Shown here in pieces: positions 53,109 to 64,000 of a stretch of DNA of 64,000 nt. The DNA is from Alteraurantiacibacter sp. (lineage in GTDB: Bacteria; Pseudomonadota; Alphaproteobacteria; Sphingomonadales; Sphingomonadaceae). Each line of letters starts with the position of its first letter. Position 1 is the first letter of the stretch. The position numbers and the translations under genes were made by a program. The notes under the pieces are model-generated. The model searched no databases. It was not told the DNA's origin and saw only the letters and a program-made list of their open reading frames with translations. Location: contig CBDBZL010000002.1 in assembly GCA_965213545.1 (NCBI GenBank), positions 268,855-332,854 on the forward strand, written 5' to 3'.

Positions 53109-53327
53109 CGAACTAGGGGGCGGGCGAAGCGCAGCGGGTTCGCCCTCAAGCGGTGCCACCAGTGCGCCATCTGCGGCATGAACAGCATCCGGTCATCAGA
53201 AGCAAGCGACACCCATGCTGTTCGAGATGCGCTATGGGAGACGGGCAGGCCTATCGTCGGCCGATATTGTCGGAGCGTGGGGCATGGTAGCGAAGTGCGA
53301 GCGCGCGCGCGCCAAGCCCCCAGCGCG

Positions 53328-54875
<1,548 letters not shown>

Positions 54876-56633
54876 TCAAAGCTCGAGCCGGACCCCGAGC
54901 CGGGCGGTGAACGGCCGGGCGGGCTGGATGTTGTTGTTGCCATGGGCGCTGGGATAATAGTCCTCGTCGAACAGGTTCTCCAGGTTGAGCTGAAGACCGA
55001 GCCGCTCGTTCAAGGTGAGATAGGCCGCGGCATCGACACGCCAGTAACCGGGCAGCACCGCGCTGTTCGAGAAGCTGGCGAACTGGTCGCTCTGGTGGAT
55101 CACCCCCAGCCCCAGGCCGAAGCGGTCGTTGAGGTCGAACCGGTTCCACGCGGTCACCTGATGACGCGGCAGTTGCTGCAGCCGCGCACCCGCCGCGCCG
55201 AAGGTGGAGTTGGTCAGCAGCTCGCCATCAAGATAGGTATAGCCAAGATTGGCCTGCCAGAACCCGGTAACCGCGCCCGCCGAGCCGATCTCGAAGCCCT
55301 CGACCCGGCTTTCGCCTGCCAGGAGGGTGAGCCCGCTATTGGCTGGATCGGGGGCGCGGGTGTTGGTGCGGTCGAGCCGGAAGATCGCGGCGTTCACCAG
55401 CAGATCGGCGGCGGGCGACCATTTCACGCCGACCTCGTAATTGGTGAAGCGTTCGGGCTCGAACCGGCTGTCGCCCGGGTTCAGGATCAGGAACTGGTCG
55501 CCCGCCTAGGGCAGGAAGCTGGTCGCATAGCTGGTTTCGCGGCGCGTATTGCCGGTTTCCTGGCGCATCGCCTCGACCCCGACCAGCAATGTCGAGGAGA
55601 AACCCTTGCCCCGCGCCTGCCAGACCAAGTTGGCCTGGACGACGGCGTTCTCCCGCTGCTGAGCGTCCTGGTAGCCATCCAGCGTGACCAGCGCGCCATC
55701 GGTGCTGACCGGAAGAAGGTTGGCATAGGCCTTGTCGTAATCCGCATAGTGGACGGTGATATCGGCATCGAGCCCGGGCGCGAAGCGGTGCTCGAAGCGC
55801 GCGCGGGCGATATGCACTTCGGCGCTCGAGCGGTTGAATTGCGGATCGCCGAAGAACGTCTTGTCGAACCCGCGCAGTGGCCTGCCGCCCAGCGATGGGA
55901 CGCCGCGATCGACCACTCGCGCATCGTCGTCATAGGAATAGCTTGCGGCAAGCACGCTTCGCTGTCCCAGCCGCAAGGTGGCGGCGGGCGATATGCCGAA
56001 GAAGCGGCCTTCGTAGAAATCGCGGTGGCTGTCGAACTCTTCATAGGTCGCGTTCAGGCGGGCGGCGACGTTGCCCGCCAGAGGCGCATTGCCATCTGCG
56101 AGCAGGGCGAAAGCGCCATGCGTATCGAGCGAGGCGGAACCCTGGGCGATGATCTCGTCCACCCGCGCCCGCTTGGACACACGGTTGATCGCCCCGCCAC
56201 CCGCGCCGCGTCCGAAGATGAGCGCATTGGCGCCCTTCAGCACCTCGACCCGCTCGATATTGTACAGCGGCCTATAATATTGCGCGTCATCGCGCAGCCC
56301 GTCGAGATAGAAGTCGGCGGTGGTTTCCTGCCCGCGGATGAACACCTCGTCGCGGTGGCCTTCGCCCGTCTCCAAGCTTACGCCGGGGACATAACGAAGC
56401 GCTTCGCTCAGCTGCCGGATCGACTGATCCTCGAGCTGGTCGGCGGTGATGAAACTCACCCCCTGGGGTACCTCGATCACGGGCGTCGGCGTCTTGGTGG
56501 CGCTTGACCCGTCATCGCTCGCATAGCGATCGCGTGCGGCCACCACGACGATGTCAGCCGGCAGATAGTCGCGGTCGCCGACCAATGCCGCATCGCTGGC
56601 CACCGCCGTCATCGGAGTGAGTGCGGGAAGCAT
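54876..56633 (-). pseudogene. TonB-dependent (siderophore-type) outer-membrane receptor interrupted by an in-frame TAG; N-terminal signal region looks truncated
   Basis: ORFs 55506..56633 and 54876..55427 share one frame and are separated only by TAG at 55508-55506 (SFLP*AGDQFLILNPGDSRFEPERFTNYEVGVKW). Plug motifs: EALRYVPGV, IERVEVLKGANALIFG. C-terminal barrel ends ...ARLGVRLEL. Upstream frame closed by TAA, leaving MLPALTPMTAVA with no charged n-region. Confidence 0.65.
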
Positions 56634-56758
56634 GCTACCAGCAAACCAGCGACACGCGAATTAACGGTCTTTCTGGCAATGCATTTCCCCCGGGTTCTGC
56701 AATCAAACCTCAATAGCGGGGGCCGTTACGCGACTGGTTCTCAATTGCAAGAAGCGGA

Positions 56759-56779
56759 AGAACTTTCTGCAAAAGTTCT
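56759..56779. promoter_or_regulatory. Perfect 8-bp inverted repeat AGAACTTT-ctgca-AAAGTTCT between the bdhA stop and the receptor gene start (operator or weak terminator)
   Basis: Read directly; lies in a lower-GC spacer. Confidence 0.25.
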
Positions 56780-56812
56780 ATGCTGGATCGTGATCGCCTC
56801 GGGCCAAGGGGA

Positions 56813-57568
56813 TCACTCCGCCGTCCAGCCGCCGTCGATCGTGTAATTGGCGCCGGTGATGTTCTGCGCCTCGGGGCGGCACAGGAACAAAGCCAGCGCC
56901 GCCACCTCCTCCACCTGGACGAATTTCCTGGTCGGCTGACGGGCCAGCAGCACCTGGTCCATCACCTCCTGCCGGCTCATCCCTCGGTTCTTCATCGTGT
57001 CGGGGATCTGCGCTTCCACCAGAGGGGTCCATACATAAGCCGGGCTGATACAGTTGGCGGTGATGTTGTCGGTCGCCAGTTCCAGCGCCAGCACCTTCAC
57101 CAGCCCGGCGATGGCATGCTTGGCCGCAACATAGGCGCTTTTGAATGGGCTGGCGGTAAGCGAATGGGCACTGGCGGTGCAGATGATCCTGCCCCAACCC
57201 GCCTGTTTCATGTGCGGCACTGCCAGCCGCGCGGTGTGAAACGCGGCCGACAGGTTGAGCGCGATGATGGCATCCCACTTGTCGGGCGGAAACTCCTCCA
57301 CCGGCGCGACATGCTGCATCCCGGCATTGTTGACGAGGATATCGACCGGCCCCGCCTCGGCCATCATTGCCTCGATCTCGGCGGGATCGGTAAGGTCGGC
57401 TGCCAGATGCCGCGCACTCAACTCGTCCTCGAGCCGGGCGATCTCGGCCGCTTCGCCGAACCCGTTGAGCAGCACCTCACCCCCCTCGGCGGCCAGGGCG
57501 CGCGCGATGGCCAGCCCGATGCCCGAGGTGGAGCCCGTAACAAGTGCGCGCTTGCCTTCAAGGAACAT
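56813..57568 (-). CDS. bdhA: 3-hydroxybutyrate dehydrogenase (SDR)
   Basis: ALVTGSTSGIGLAIA, NNAGMQHVAPVEEF, YVAAKHA, DGGWTA. Confidence 0.85.
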   Translation of the reverse strand: MFLEGKRALVTGSTSGIGLAIARALAAEGGEVLLNGFGEAAEIARLEDELSARHLAADLTDPAEIEAMMAEAGPVDILVNNAGMQHVAPVEEFPPDKWDAIIALNLSAAFHTARLAVPHMKQAGWGRIICTASAHSLTASPFKSAYVAAKHAIAGLVKVLALELATDNITANCISPAYVWTPLVEAQIPDTMKNRGMSRQEVMDQVLLARQPTRKFVQVEEVAALALFLCRPEAQNITGANYTIDGGWTAE

Positions 57569-57703
57569 GCTTCACTCCTTCAAATCGGGCGTCTAGGAAA
57601 ATCTCGGGCTCGCCAAGTAAGGGCGCAGCAACGCTTGTCCAGTTCGTCCTTGGAGGCGGGTAGGTATCGATGAGCGCCGGCAGGCATTTTGGGGGGTTAG
57701 ACA

Positions 57704-58603
57704 ATGCGGCTCAATCCGTTCAATCCGGGCAATGTCAGGGTGCGCGATCACGGCCGGGGCCGGGGTGGCGGCTTTCCAGGGGGCGGGGGCTTCCCGGGGG
57801 GCGGCGGGGGCAAACTGGGCTGCGGCGGATTGCTGGTCGTGGTGATCGGGGCGTTGTTCTTCGGTGTCGATCCGGCGCAGATGCTGGGCACGATGGACCA
57901 GACGAGCATGGGCGGCCCGCCCATCGCCGGTGCGCCACAAGGATCGCTGGAAGACCCGGCGCAGGCCTGCGCTGCCTATGAATACGGGGTCGAGAGCTGC
58001 AATGCGCTTGCCTCGCTCAACCAGACGTGGGAGCCCGTTTTTTGGCGCGCGGGCGTCCCGTTCGAACAGCCCACGCTCAACTTCTTCGCCGGCTCGGTCG
58101 GTTCGGCGTGCGGCCCGGCCTCCAGCGCGATGGGCCCGTTCTACTGTCCGGCCGACCGCGGCATCTATATTGATACCAGCTTCTATCGCCAGCTTGCCGG
58201 TCGGCTTGGCGCGGGTGGAGATTTCGCCCGCTATTACGTGATGGCGCACGAATATGGCCATCACATCCAGACGCTGACCGGTCTGTCCGATCAGATCCGC
58301 AGCGCCCAGCAGGCACGGCCGCAAGCCGCGAACCAGCTCAACGTGATGATGGAGCTTCATGCCGACTGCTATGCCGGGGTATGGGCGGGCAAGAACCGCA
58401 ACCTGATCGAACCGGGCGATTTTGAGGAAGGCATGACCGCCGCCAGCGCGATCGGCGATGATGCCATGATGCGCGGCTCGGGTCGGCAGGTGAACCCGGA
58501 AAGCTTCACCCATGGTTCAAGCGAGCAGCGTAGACAGGCGTTGCGGTTGGGAATGGAAACTGGCGATGACACGAGGTGCGATGCAATTCTCCAAGCCGGC
58601 TAG
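57704..58603 (+). CDS. YpfJ-family neutral zinc metallopeptidase
   Basis: Gly-rich N-terminus plus TM; PFYCPADRGIYID; HEYGHHIQ zinc motif. Confidence 0.8.
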   Translation: MRLNPFNPGNVRVRDHGRGRGGGFPGGGGFPGGGGGKLGCGGLLVVVIGALFFGVDPAQMLGTMDQTSMGGPPIAGAPQGSLEDPAQACAAYEYGVESCNALASLNQTWEPVFWRAGVPFEQPTLNFFAGSVGSACGPASSAMGPFYCPADRGIYIDTSFYRQLAGRLGAGGDFARYYVMAHEYGHHIQTLTGLSDQIRSAQQARPQAANQLNVMMELHADCYAGVWAGKNRNLIEPGDFEEGMTAASAIGDDAMMRGSGRQVNPESFTHGSSEQRRQALRLGMETGDDTRCDAILQAG

Positions 58604-59171
58604 TGCTAGCCGGACGATGATGCTGGCCGCCTGCGCGATGGCGGTTTTTGTCGGCTTTTCCACTCCCGCCATGGCGCAGGATGATGTCACCCAGGACAAC
58701 ACCAGCATCGGCGACGTGATGCTGACCCCGCTCACCGATCTAAACTTGGCAAAGGACCCGATACCCCCGGTCCTGGTGCGCGCCTATCATGCGCCTTACG
58801 ATGATATCGGCCTCTCCGATTGCAGGCGCGTGGGTCGGGAGATCGGCAATCTGGACGCGGTGCTGGGCGAGGATTTCGATACGCCGCGCGCCGAGCGCGA
58901 GGGCACTTCACCCGAGACCATGGCGCAAAAGGTGCTGGGCGGCTTTATCCCGTTTCGCGGCGTCATCCGCCATCTCTCGGGCGCCAATCGGCGCGAATAC
59001 GAGTTTCGCGAGGCAATTACCGCAGGGCTTATGCGGCGCGCCTATCTCAAGGGCCTGGGTCAGGCGATGGGCTGCGCCTATCCCGCGCGCCCCGCTCCCC
59101 CCGGGCTGATGGTCAATGCCGGCGATGACGAGCTTACCGTCGGCGAGGAAATACAGGTTGGAGCGGACTAG
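58581..59171 (+). CDS. Secreted hypothetical protein
   Basis: Signal peptide MQFSKPASASRTMMLAACAMAVFVGFSTPAMA. Start uncertain (58566, 58581 or 58617). No family recognised. Confidence 0.45.
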   Translation: MQFSKPASASRTMMLAACAMAVFVGFSTPAMAQDDVTQDNTSIGDVMLTPLTDLNLAKDPIPPVLVRAYHAPYDDIGLSDCRRVGREIGNLDAVLGEDFDTPRAEREGTSPETMAQKVLGGFIPFRGVIRHLSGANRREYEFREAITAGLMRRAYLKGLGQAMGCAYPARPAPPGLMVNAGDDELTVGEEIQVGAD

Positions 59172-59243
59172 GGGGACGATAGCTCCGCCGTTACACACTC
59201 TTACGATCTAGTTATCAACTGCGCCTGGTACGCGCCCGCGGCG

Positions 59244-61187
59244 TCAATAAACCCGCTTCTTGGGCTCGATATAGGCGATATCCTCGGTCAGCGTATATTC
59301 GTGGACCGGACGGTAATCGATCCGCACCTTACCGCCGCCATCGGCTGTTTGTCCGCCCCAGCCTTCGAACCATGCGGCGGTGTGCTTCATCCATTCGCCA
59401 TCATTGCGATCGGGGAAATCCTCGTGCGCATGAGCACCGCGGCTTTCCTTGCGGTTGGCGGCCGAATGCATCGTCACCTGCGCCTGTGAGATGAGGTTGT
59501 CGACCTCGAGCGTCTCGATGAGGTCCGAGTTCCAGATCAGCGACCGGTCGGCCACCGAGATGTCGTCCATCCCCCGATAGATCTCGGCCAGCTTGCGCTT
59601 GCCTTCCTCCATCAGCTCGGAATTGCGGAACACCGCGGCGTGCTGGCTCATTGCGCGCTGCATGTCCGCCCTAATCCGCGCGGTCGGCGTGCCGCCCGAA
59701 GCATGGCGAAAGTGATCGAGCCGATGCAGCGAGAACTCGGCGCTGCCGCTGGGCAGCTCGGCCTGGCTCGCACCGCTGGTCAGCTTGTCCTTGAGATGAA
59801 GCCCCGTCGCCCGGCCGAATACCACCAGGTCGATCAGCGAGTTGGAGCCCAGCCGGTTCGCGCCGTGAACCGAGACGCACGCCGCCTCGCCCACCGCGTA
59901 GAGCCCGGACACCACCGTCTCGGGATCGCCATCCGAACCGATCGTCACCACTTGCCCGTGATAATTGGTCGGGATGCCGCCCATGTTGTAATGCACGGTC
60001 GGTACCACGGGCAGCGGCTGGCGCGTCAGGTCCACGCCGGCGAAGATCTTGCCGCTCTCGGTGATCCCCGGCAGCCGCTCGGCCAGCACCTTGGGATCGA
60101 TGTGGTCGAGGTGGAGGAAGATGTGGTCGGAAGTGGGCCCGACACCGCGCCCGTCGCGGATTTCCAGCGCCATTGAGCGCGAGACCACGTCGCGGCTGGC
60201 CAGGTCCTTGGCGCTGGGCGCATAGCGTTCCATGAACCGCTCGCCCTCGCTGTTGGTGAGGTAGCCGCCCTCGCCCCGCGCGCCTTCGGTGATGAGCACG
60301 CCCGCACCGTAGATGCCGGTGGGATGGAACTGGACGAACTCCATGTCCTGGAGCGGCAGACCGGCGCGCAGCACCATCGCGTTGCCATCGCCCGTGCAGG
60401 TATGCGCCGAGGTGGCGGTATAATAGGCCCGGCCGTAGCCACCCGTCGCCAGCACCACCGCCTGCGCGCGGAACCGGTGGATGGCGCCGTCATCGAGGCA
60501 CAGCGCCATCACCCCCACGCAGCGCCCCTCGTGCATGATCAGGTCGATGGCGAAATATTCGATGAAGAAGTCGGCGTCGTATTTGAGGCTCTGCTGATAG
60601 AGCGCGTGCAGCATGGCGTGGCCGGTGCGGTCAGCCGCGGCGCAGGTACGCTGCACTGGCGGCCCCTCGCCCATGTTCTGCATGTGTCCGCCGAAAGGGC
60701 GCTGGTAGATCGTCCCGTCCTTGTTGCGGCTGAACGGAACGCCTGCATGTTCCAGCTCGTAGACGGCCTGAGGCGCCTCGCGCACCAGATATTCGATGGC
60801 GTCTTGATCGCCGAGCCAGTCCGACCCCTTGACCGTGTCATACATGTGCCACGACCAGTGATCGGGCGAATTGTTGCCCAGCGAAGCGGCGATCCCGCCT
60901 TGCGCCGCCACCGTATGCGAGCGCGTCGGAAAGACCTTGGAGATATTCGCGGTGCGCAGCCCTGCTTCGGCCGCGCCCATGGTGGCCCTTAGACCCGATC
61001 CGCCCGCGCCGACCACCACAACGTCATAGGTATGATCGATGATCGGGTAGGCCGGACTGCCGTTGGCTCCGGCACCGCCGCGCGGCGTGACGCGGCCCCA
61101 ATCCTTGGTCTGCTCGGGCGGCGCACCGGCCGGAGCGAAATCACGCTCATTGGGATCGGGCTGGTTCACCGGCGGCTCGGCTCCCAT
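59244..61187 (-). CDS. sdhA: Succinate dehydrogenase flavoprotein subunit
   Basis: [46 protein letters not shown] at 61187 overlaps the sdhD stop. Confidence 0.95.
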   Translation of the reverse strand: MGAEPPVNQPDPNERDFAPAGAPPEQTKDWGRVTPRGGAGANGSPAYPIIDHTYDVVVVGAGGSGLRATMGAAEAGLRTANISKVFPTRSHTVAAQGGIAASLGNNSPDHWSWHMYDTVKGSDWLGDQDAIEYLVREAPQAVYELEHAGVPFSRNKDGTIYQRPFGGHMQNMGEGPPVQRTCAAADRTGHAMLHALYQQSLKYDADFFIEYFAIDLIMHEGRCVGVMALCLDDGAIHRFRAQAVVLATGGYGRAYYTATSAHTCTGDGNAMVLRAGLPLQDMEFVQFHPTGIYGAGVLITEGARGEGGYLTNSEGERFMERYAPSAKDLASRDVVSRSMALEIRDGRGVGPTSDHIFLHLDHIDPKVLAERLPGITESGKIFAGVDLTRQPLPVVPTVHYNMGGIPTNYHGQVVTIGSDGDPETVVSGLYAVGEAACVSVHGANRLGSNSLIDLVVFGRATGLHLKDKLTSGASQAELPSGSAEFSLHRLDHFRHASGGTPTARIRADMQRAMSQHAAVFRNSELMEEGKRKLAEIYRGMDDISVADRSLIWNSDLIETLEVDNLISQAQVTMHSAANRKESRGAHAHEDFPDRNDGEWMKHTAAWFEGWGGQTADGGGKVRIDYRPVHEYTLTEDIAYIEPKKRVY

Positions 61188-61603
61188 CAGCCCACTCCCC
61201 CCAGCGCCAGCCGGGCGATGGAGAACAGACCGAAGGCCGCGCCGCCAAATACCGCCAGATTGACCGCGGCCACCGCGGCGAACTTGTTGCCCGGCGTATC
61301 GACATAATCCTCGATCAGCACCTGCAGTCCCAGCCGTGCGTGCCAGAACACCGAGATGATGAGCAGCGCCAGCGCCGTCGCGGCCAGCGGGGAGGCAAGC
61401 CAGCCGGCCAGCGTCAGATAGGAAAGATCGGGCAGCAGGAGAAACGAGATGACGAGGAACAGCACCGTTACCAGATTGCCGATGGCGGTGAACCGCTGGC
61501 GCAACCAGTGATGCGCGCCCTCGCCTGCCGCACCCAGACCACGGACATGGCCTAGCGCGGTACCCTTGCCGCCATAGCGTTCCAGTGTGGTTCTTCTGCC
61601 CAT
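61187..61603 (-). CDS. sdhD: Succinate dehydrogenase membrane anchor subunit
   Basis: 138 aa; [11 protein letters not shown], three TM helices; position between sdhC and sdhA. Confidence 0.85.
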   Translation of the reverse strand: MGRRTTLERYGGKGTALGHVRGLGAAGEGAHHWLRQRFTAIGNLVTVLFLVISFLLLPDLSYLTLAGWLASPLAATALALLIISVFWHARLGLQVLIEDYVDTPGNKFAAVAAVNLAVFGGAAFGLFSIARLALGGVG

Positions 61604-61617
61604 GGGCTTGTCTGGCC

Positions 61618-62037
61618 TTACTTGAGGAGGATCGCGGCCCAGAAGGCGGCGGTGAGAATGAGCCCGGAGGCGACCGAGACGATCGAGTGCGTTTTGTTGG
61701 TCTCGATCTCAAAGCCCGCGCCGATGTCCATCACGAAGTGGCGGATGCCCGAGGACATGTGGTTGAAGAACGCCCACGACAGGCCGACCAGCACGACGTA
61801 GCCCAGCGGCGAGGTCATCACAGCGGCGAAGGTCTCGTAAGCTTCCGGCCCACTGGCGAGCGCGCCCAGCCACCACAGCAGCACCGGCAGCCCTGCCAAC
61901 GCCATCGAGTCCCCCGAGACCCGGTGGAGGATGGAGGTCAGCATGTGCGGACCCCACCGCCAGATCGACAGATGGGGAGAAAGCGGGCGGTCTGCCATGT
62001 GTTGCGAAAGCTCTTGCTGAACGGCTGCGCGCTTCAT
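61618..62037 (-). CDS. sdhC: Succinate dehydrogenase cytochrome b556 subunit
   Basis: [25 protein letters not shown]. Start may be the internal ATG at 61998. Confidence 0.85.
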   Translation of the reverse strand: MKRAAVQQELSQHMADRPLSPHLSIWRWGPHMLTSILHRVSGDSMALAGLPVLLWWLGALASGPEAYETFAAVMTSPLGYVVLVGLSWAFFNHMSSGIRHFVMDIGAGFEIETNKTHSIVSVASGLILTAAFWAAILLK

Positions 62038-62148
62038 CTAGCGTAACATTGCCGCGAGACAAGGCGCACCTTGCCGATGCTGGCCGTTCGGCCGTATCGT
62101 TGGGCAAGACCACTTTCGCCGGTGGGACCGCGCGGCTAGAGATGCGCC

Positions 62149-62874
62149 ATGCCGACCATGCTTGTTACCGGATCGAGCCGCGGCATCGGCCGGGCCATCG
62201 CCCAAGCCCTGCGAGCCCGCGGCGTCCAGGTCATCGGCCATTCCAGCGGTGCGCGTGCCAGTGATGCACAGGATCGCGAGCTGATCCTGGCCGATTTCGC
62301 CGATTTCACCGCGCCCGCCGCCTTGTGGGCGCAGGTGCTCGAACGTGCGGGCGGGCAGGTGGATGCGGTTATCAACAATGCCGGCCTGTTCGCGCCAAAC
62401 CCGCTCGATGCGTCCGATATCGCGTGGCTCGACCACTGGGAAGAGACGCTGCGGGTCAATCTCACCGCCGCCGCGCAGCTGTCGCGTCTGGCGGTGCGTC
62501 ACTGGCAGGCGCAGGGGAGCGGCGGGCGGCTGGTCCACATCGCCAGTCGCGCGGGTCACCGCGGGGATTCGCCGGCGCACTGGCATTATGCGGCGGCGAA
62601 AGGCGGGATGCTGGCGATGCACAAGACCATCGCCCGCGCCTATGCCGGCGATGCCATCCTCAGCTACGCGGTCGCTCCCGGTTTCACCGATACCGCGATG
62701 GCGGGCGACTATCTCGCCAGCCGGGGCGGGGCCGCGCTGCTTACCGATATTCCGCTCGGAAGGGTGGCAACGCCTGAGGAGATCGCGGCGATCGCCACCT
62801 TCTGCGCGCTCGATGCGCCGCCCAGCATGACGGGCGCGGTGATCGACGCCAACGGAGCCAGCTATGTCCGCTGA
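62149..62874 (+). CDS. SDR family oxidoreductase
   Basis: MLVTGSSRGIGRAIA, NNAG, YAAAKGG. Confidence 0.75.
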   Translation: MPTMLVTGSSRGIGRAIAQALRARGVQVIGHSSGARASDAQDRELILADFADFTAPAALWAQVLERAGGQVDAVINNAGLFAPNPLDASDIAWLDHWEETLRVNLTAAAQLSRLAVRHWQAQGSGGRLVHIASRAGHRGDSPAHWHYAAAKGGMLAMHKTIARAYAGDAILSYAVAPGFTDTAMAGDYLASRGGAALLTDIPLGRVATPEEIAAIATFCALDAPPSMTGAVIDANGASYVR

Positions 62875-62895
62875 TCGGCGGTGGGGTGCACGCCG

Positions 62896-63801
62896 ATGAC
62901 CGGCTGGAAGCTCACCGCACGCGCTGCACGCCCGGTCGTCGAGGCGGCGCTGGCCGCGCATGGCGAGCGCGACGAGGAGGACGGCGAACTCGTCATTGGC
63001 GCGCGCGAGGACCCCGCCGAGCCTTCCGACTGGTTGCTCGAAGCATGGCTGTCACACCGTCCGACACGCCGCGACAGGGATCGCATTGCCGCGCTGTTCG
63101 GTCAGCCATCACCCGAATTGGTGCAGGAAAAGCTTCCCGAAACCGACTGGATCGCCGCCAGCCAGCAGAGCGCCGAGCCCGTTCGCGCCGGACCGTTCCG
63201 CATCCGCACACCCGACTTCGCTCCGAGCGACGAGGCGGGTCTGATCGAATTCGTCATTCCCGCCGCGCAGGCCTTCGGCACCGGTCAGCATGCCACCACC
63301 GCCGGCTGTCTGGAGATGCTGGCCCGGATGAAACGGCGCGGCGTTCGGCCCCGGAACCTGGCTGATATCGGATCGGGCACCGGCATCCTCGCCTTCGCGG
63401 CGCTTGCCTTGTGGCCCCGCGCCCACGCCAATGCGAGCGACAGCGATCCGGTCTGCCTGGAGGCGCTTTTCGCCAATGCACGGCGCAACGCCATTGCGCT
63501 AGGCGAGGGACGCGGCGAGCTTGCCTGTGCCACCGCCGAGGGCGTCGCCGGCCGGCTCCATGCCCGGCGCACGCCCTACGATCTGGTGATCGCCAATATC
63601 CTCGCGCGCCCGCTCATCACCCTGGCGCGGGACTTCGCCCGCCACACATCGCCCGGTGCGGATATCGTCCTTGCAGGGCCGCTTGACCGTCAATTTCCCG
63701 CCGTCGAGGCTGCCTATCGCAGGGCCGGCTTCCACCGGCGATCGCGCCTGGTCCGAGGAGAATGGGTGATCCTGTGGCTGCGCAAGCATTCGCGCGGTTG
63801 A
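62896..63801 (+). CDS. prmA: Ribosomal protein L11 methyltransferase
   Basis: AFGTGQHATTAGCLE, ADIGSGTGILAFAA, DLVIANIL. GTG at 62881 is an alternative start. Confidence 0.8.
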   Translation: MTGWKLTARAARPVVEAALAAHGERDEEDGELVIGAREDPAEPSDWLLEAWLSHRPTRRDRDRIAALFGQPSPELVQEKLPETDWIAASQQSAEPVRAGPFRIRTPDFAPSDEAGLIEFVIPAAQAFGTGQHATTAGCLEMLARMKRRGVRPRNLADIGSGTGILAFAALALWPRAHANASDSDPVCLEALFANARRNAIALGEGRGELACATAEGVAGRLHARRTPYDLVIANILARPLITLARDFARHTSPGADIVLAGPLDRQFPAVEAAYRRAGFHRRSRLVRGEWVILWLRKHSRG

Positions 63802-64000
63802 GGCGGCGGCCCTGGCTGGTTCCCGCCGTTCTTGCCGGCACGCTCGCGATTGCCGCGGCGATCTATTTCCTTGCTGGATGGATCGGCAGTTCGATCCCGC
63901 GCAATCCGCAATGGCGCGAGGCGGACCGGGGCGTCACCATTCTGGTCGAGACCAACGGCGTCCATACCGGCGTCATCATGCCCGCCGTCACCGCGCACAA
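63798..64000 (+). CDS. TIGR02117/DUF2459-like protein, 5' fragment (continues past the right edge)
   Basis: Hand translation: (L/M)RRRPWLVPAVLAGTLAIAAAIYFLAGWIGSSIPRNPQWREADRGVTILVETNGVHTGVIMPAVTAH. Start is TTG 63798 or GTG 63774. Absent from the track because no stop lies in the window. Confidence 0.5.
   Translation, partial: MRRRPWLVPAVLAGTLAIAAAIYFLAGWIGSSIPRNPQWREADRGVTILVETNGVHTGVIMPAVTAH

Noticed and set aside
56730-56756. Possible Fur/Irr-type operator (TTCTCAATTGCAAGAA) upstream of the receptor gene
   Set aside because: It is only an imperfect palindrome around CAATTG and does not match the Fur box (GATAATGATAATCATTATC) or the ICE motif well enough.

Overview
High-GC (about 65%) chromosomal window, densely coding on both strands. 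Gene content and a GTTC-N7-GTTC SOS box upstream of recA point to an alphaproteobacterium, probably Sphingomonadales-like; this is inference, as no database search was possible. All calls come from reading translations for conserved motifs. Most of the window is housekeeping: icd, recA, alaS, purS/purQ, tkt-gap-pgk, zapA-6S RNA-5-FTHF cyclo-ligase, the bkd E1a/E1b/E2 operon, thyA, purF, korAB, rppH, guaB, sdhCDA, prmA, tRNA-Asp and tRNA-Pro. The accessory or unusual content is as follows. (1) A glycan locus at 1-7586 packs five glycosyltransferase domains into three ORFs, next to UDP-xylose synthase and a PAPS-type sulfotransferase; one fused GT2+GT4 ORF is missing from the supplied track. (2) A cassette at 9518-13124 encodes GT2, an acyl-CoA-dehydrogenase-like protein, a PIG-L deacetylase and a NodS-like methyltransferase, with overlapping stop/start codons at every junction. 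A coupled SRPBCC + Zn-ADH pair follows it. This is my best candidate for an undescribed small-molecule or glycoconjugate system. (3) A low-GC orphan gene of 113 codons sits exactly in the korA-korB junction. (4) A low-GC solitary Mrr restriction island lies tail-to-tail with icd. (5) Two decayed iron-uptake genes are present: a PepSY-TM gene with two frame switches and two nonsense codons, and a TonB-dependent receptor with an in-frame TAG. (6) Several short AT-rich intergenic stretches carry hairpins or repeats. No CRISPR array, transposase or integrase was seen.
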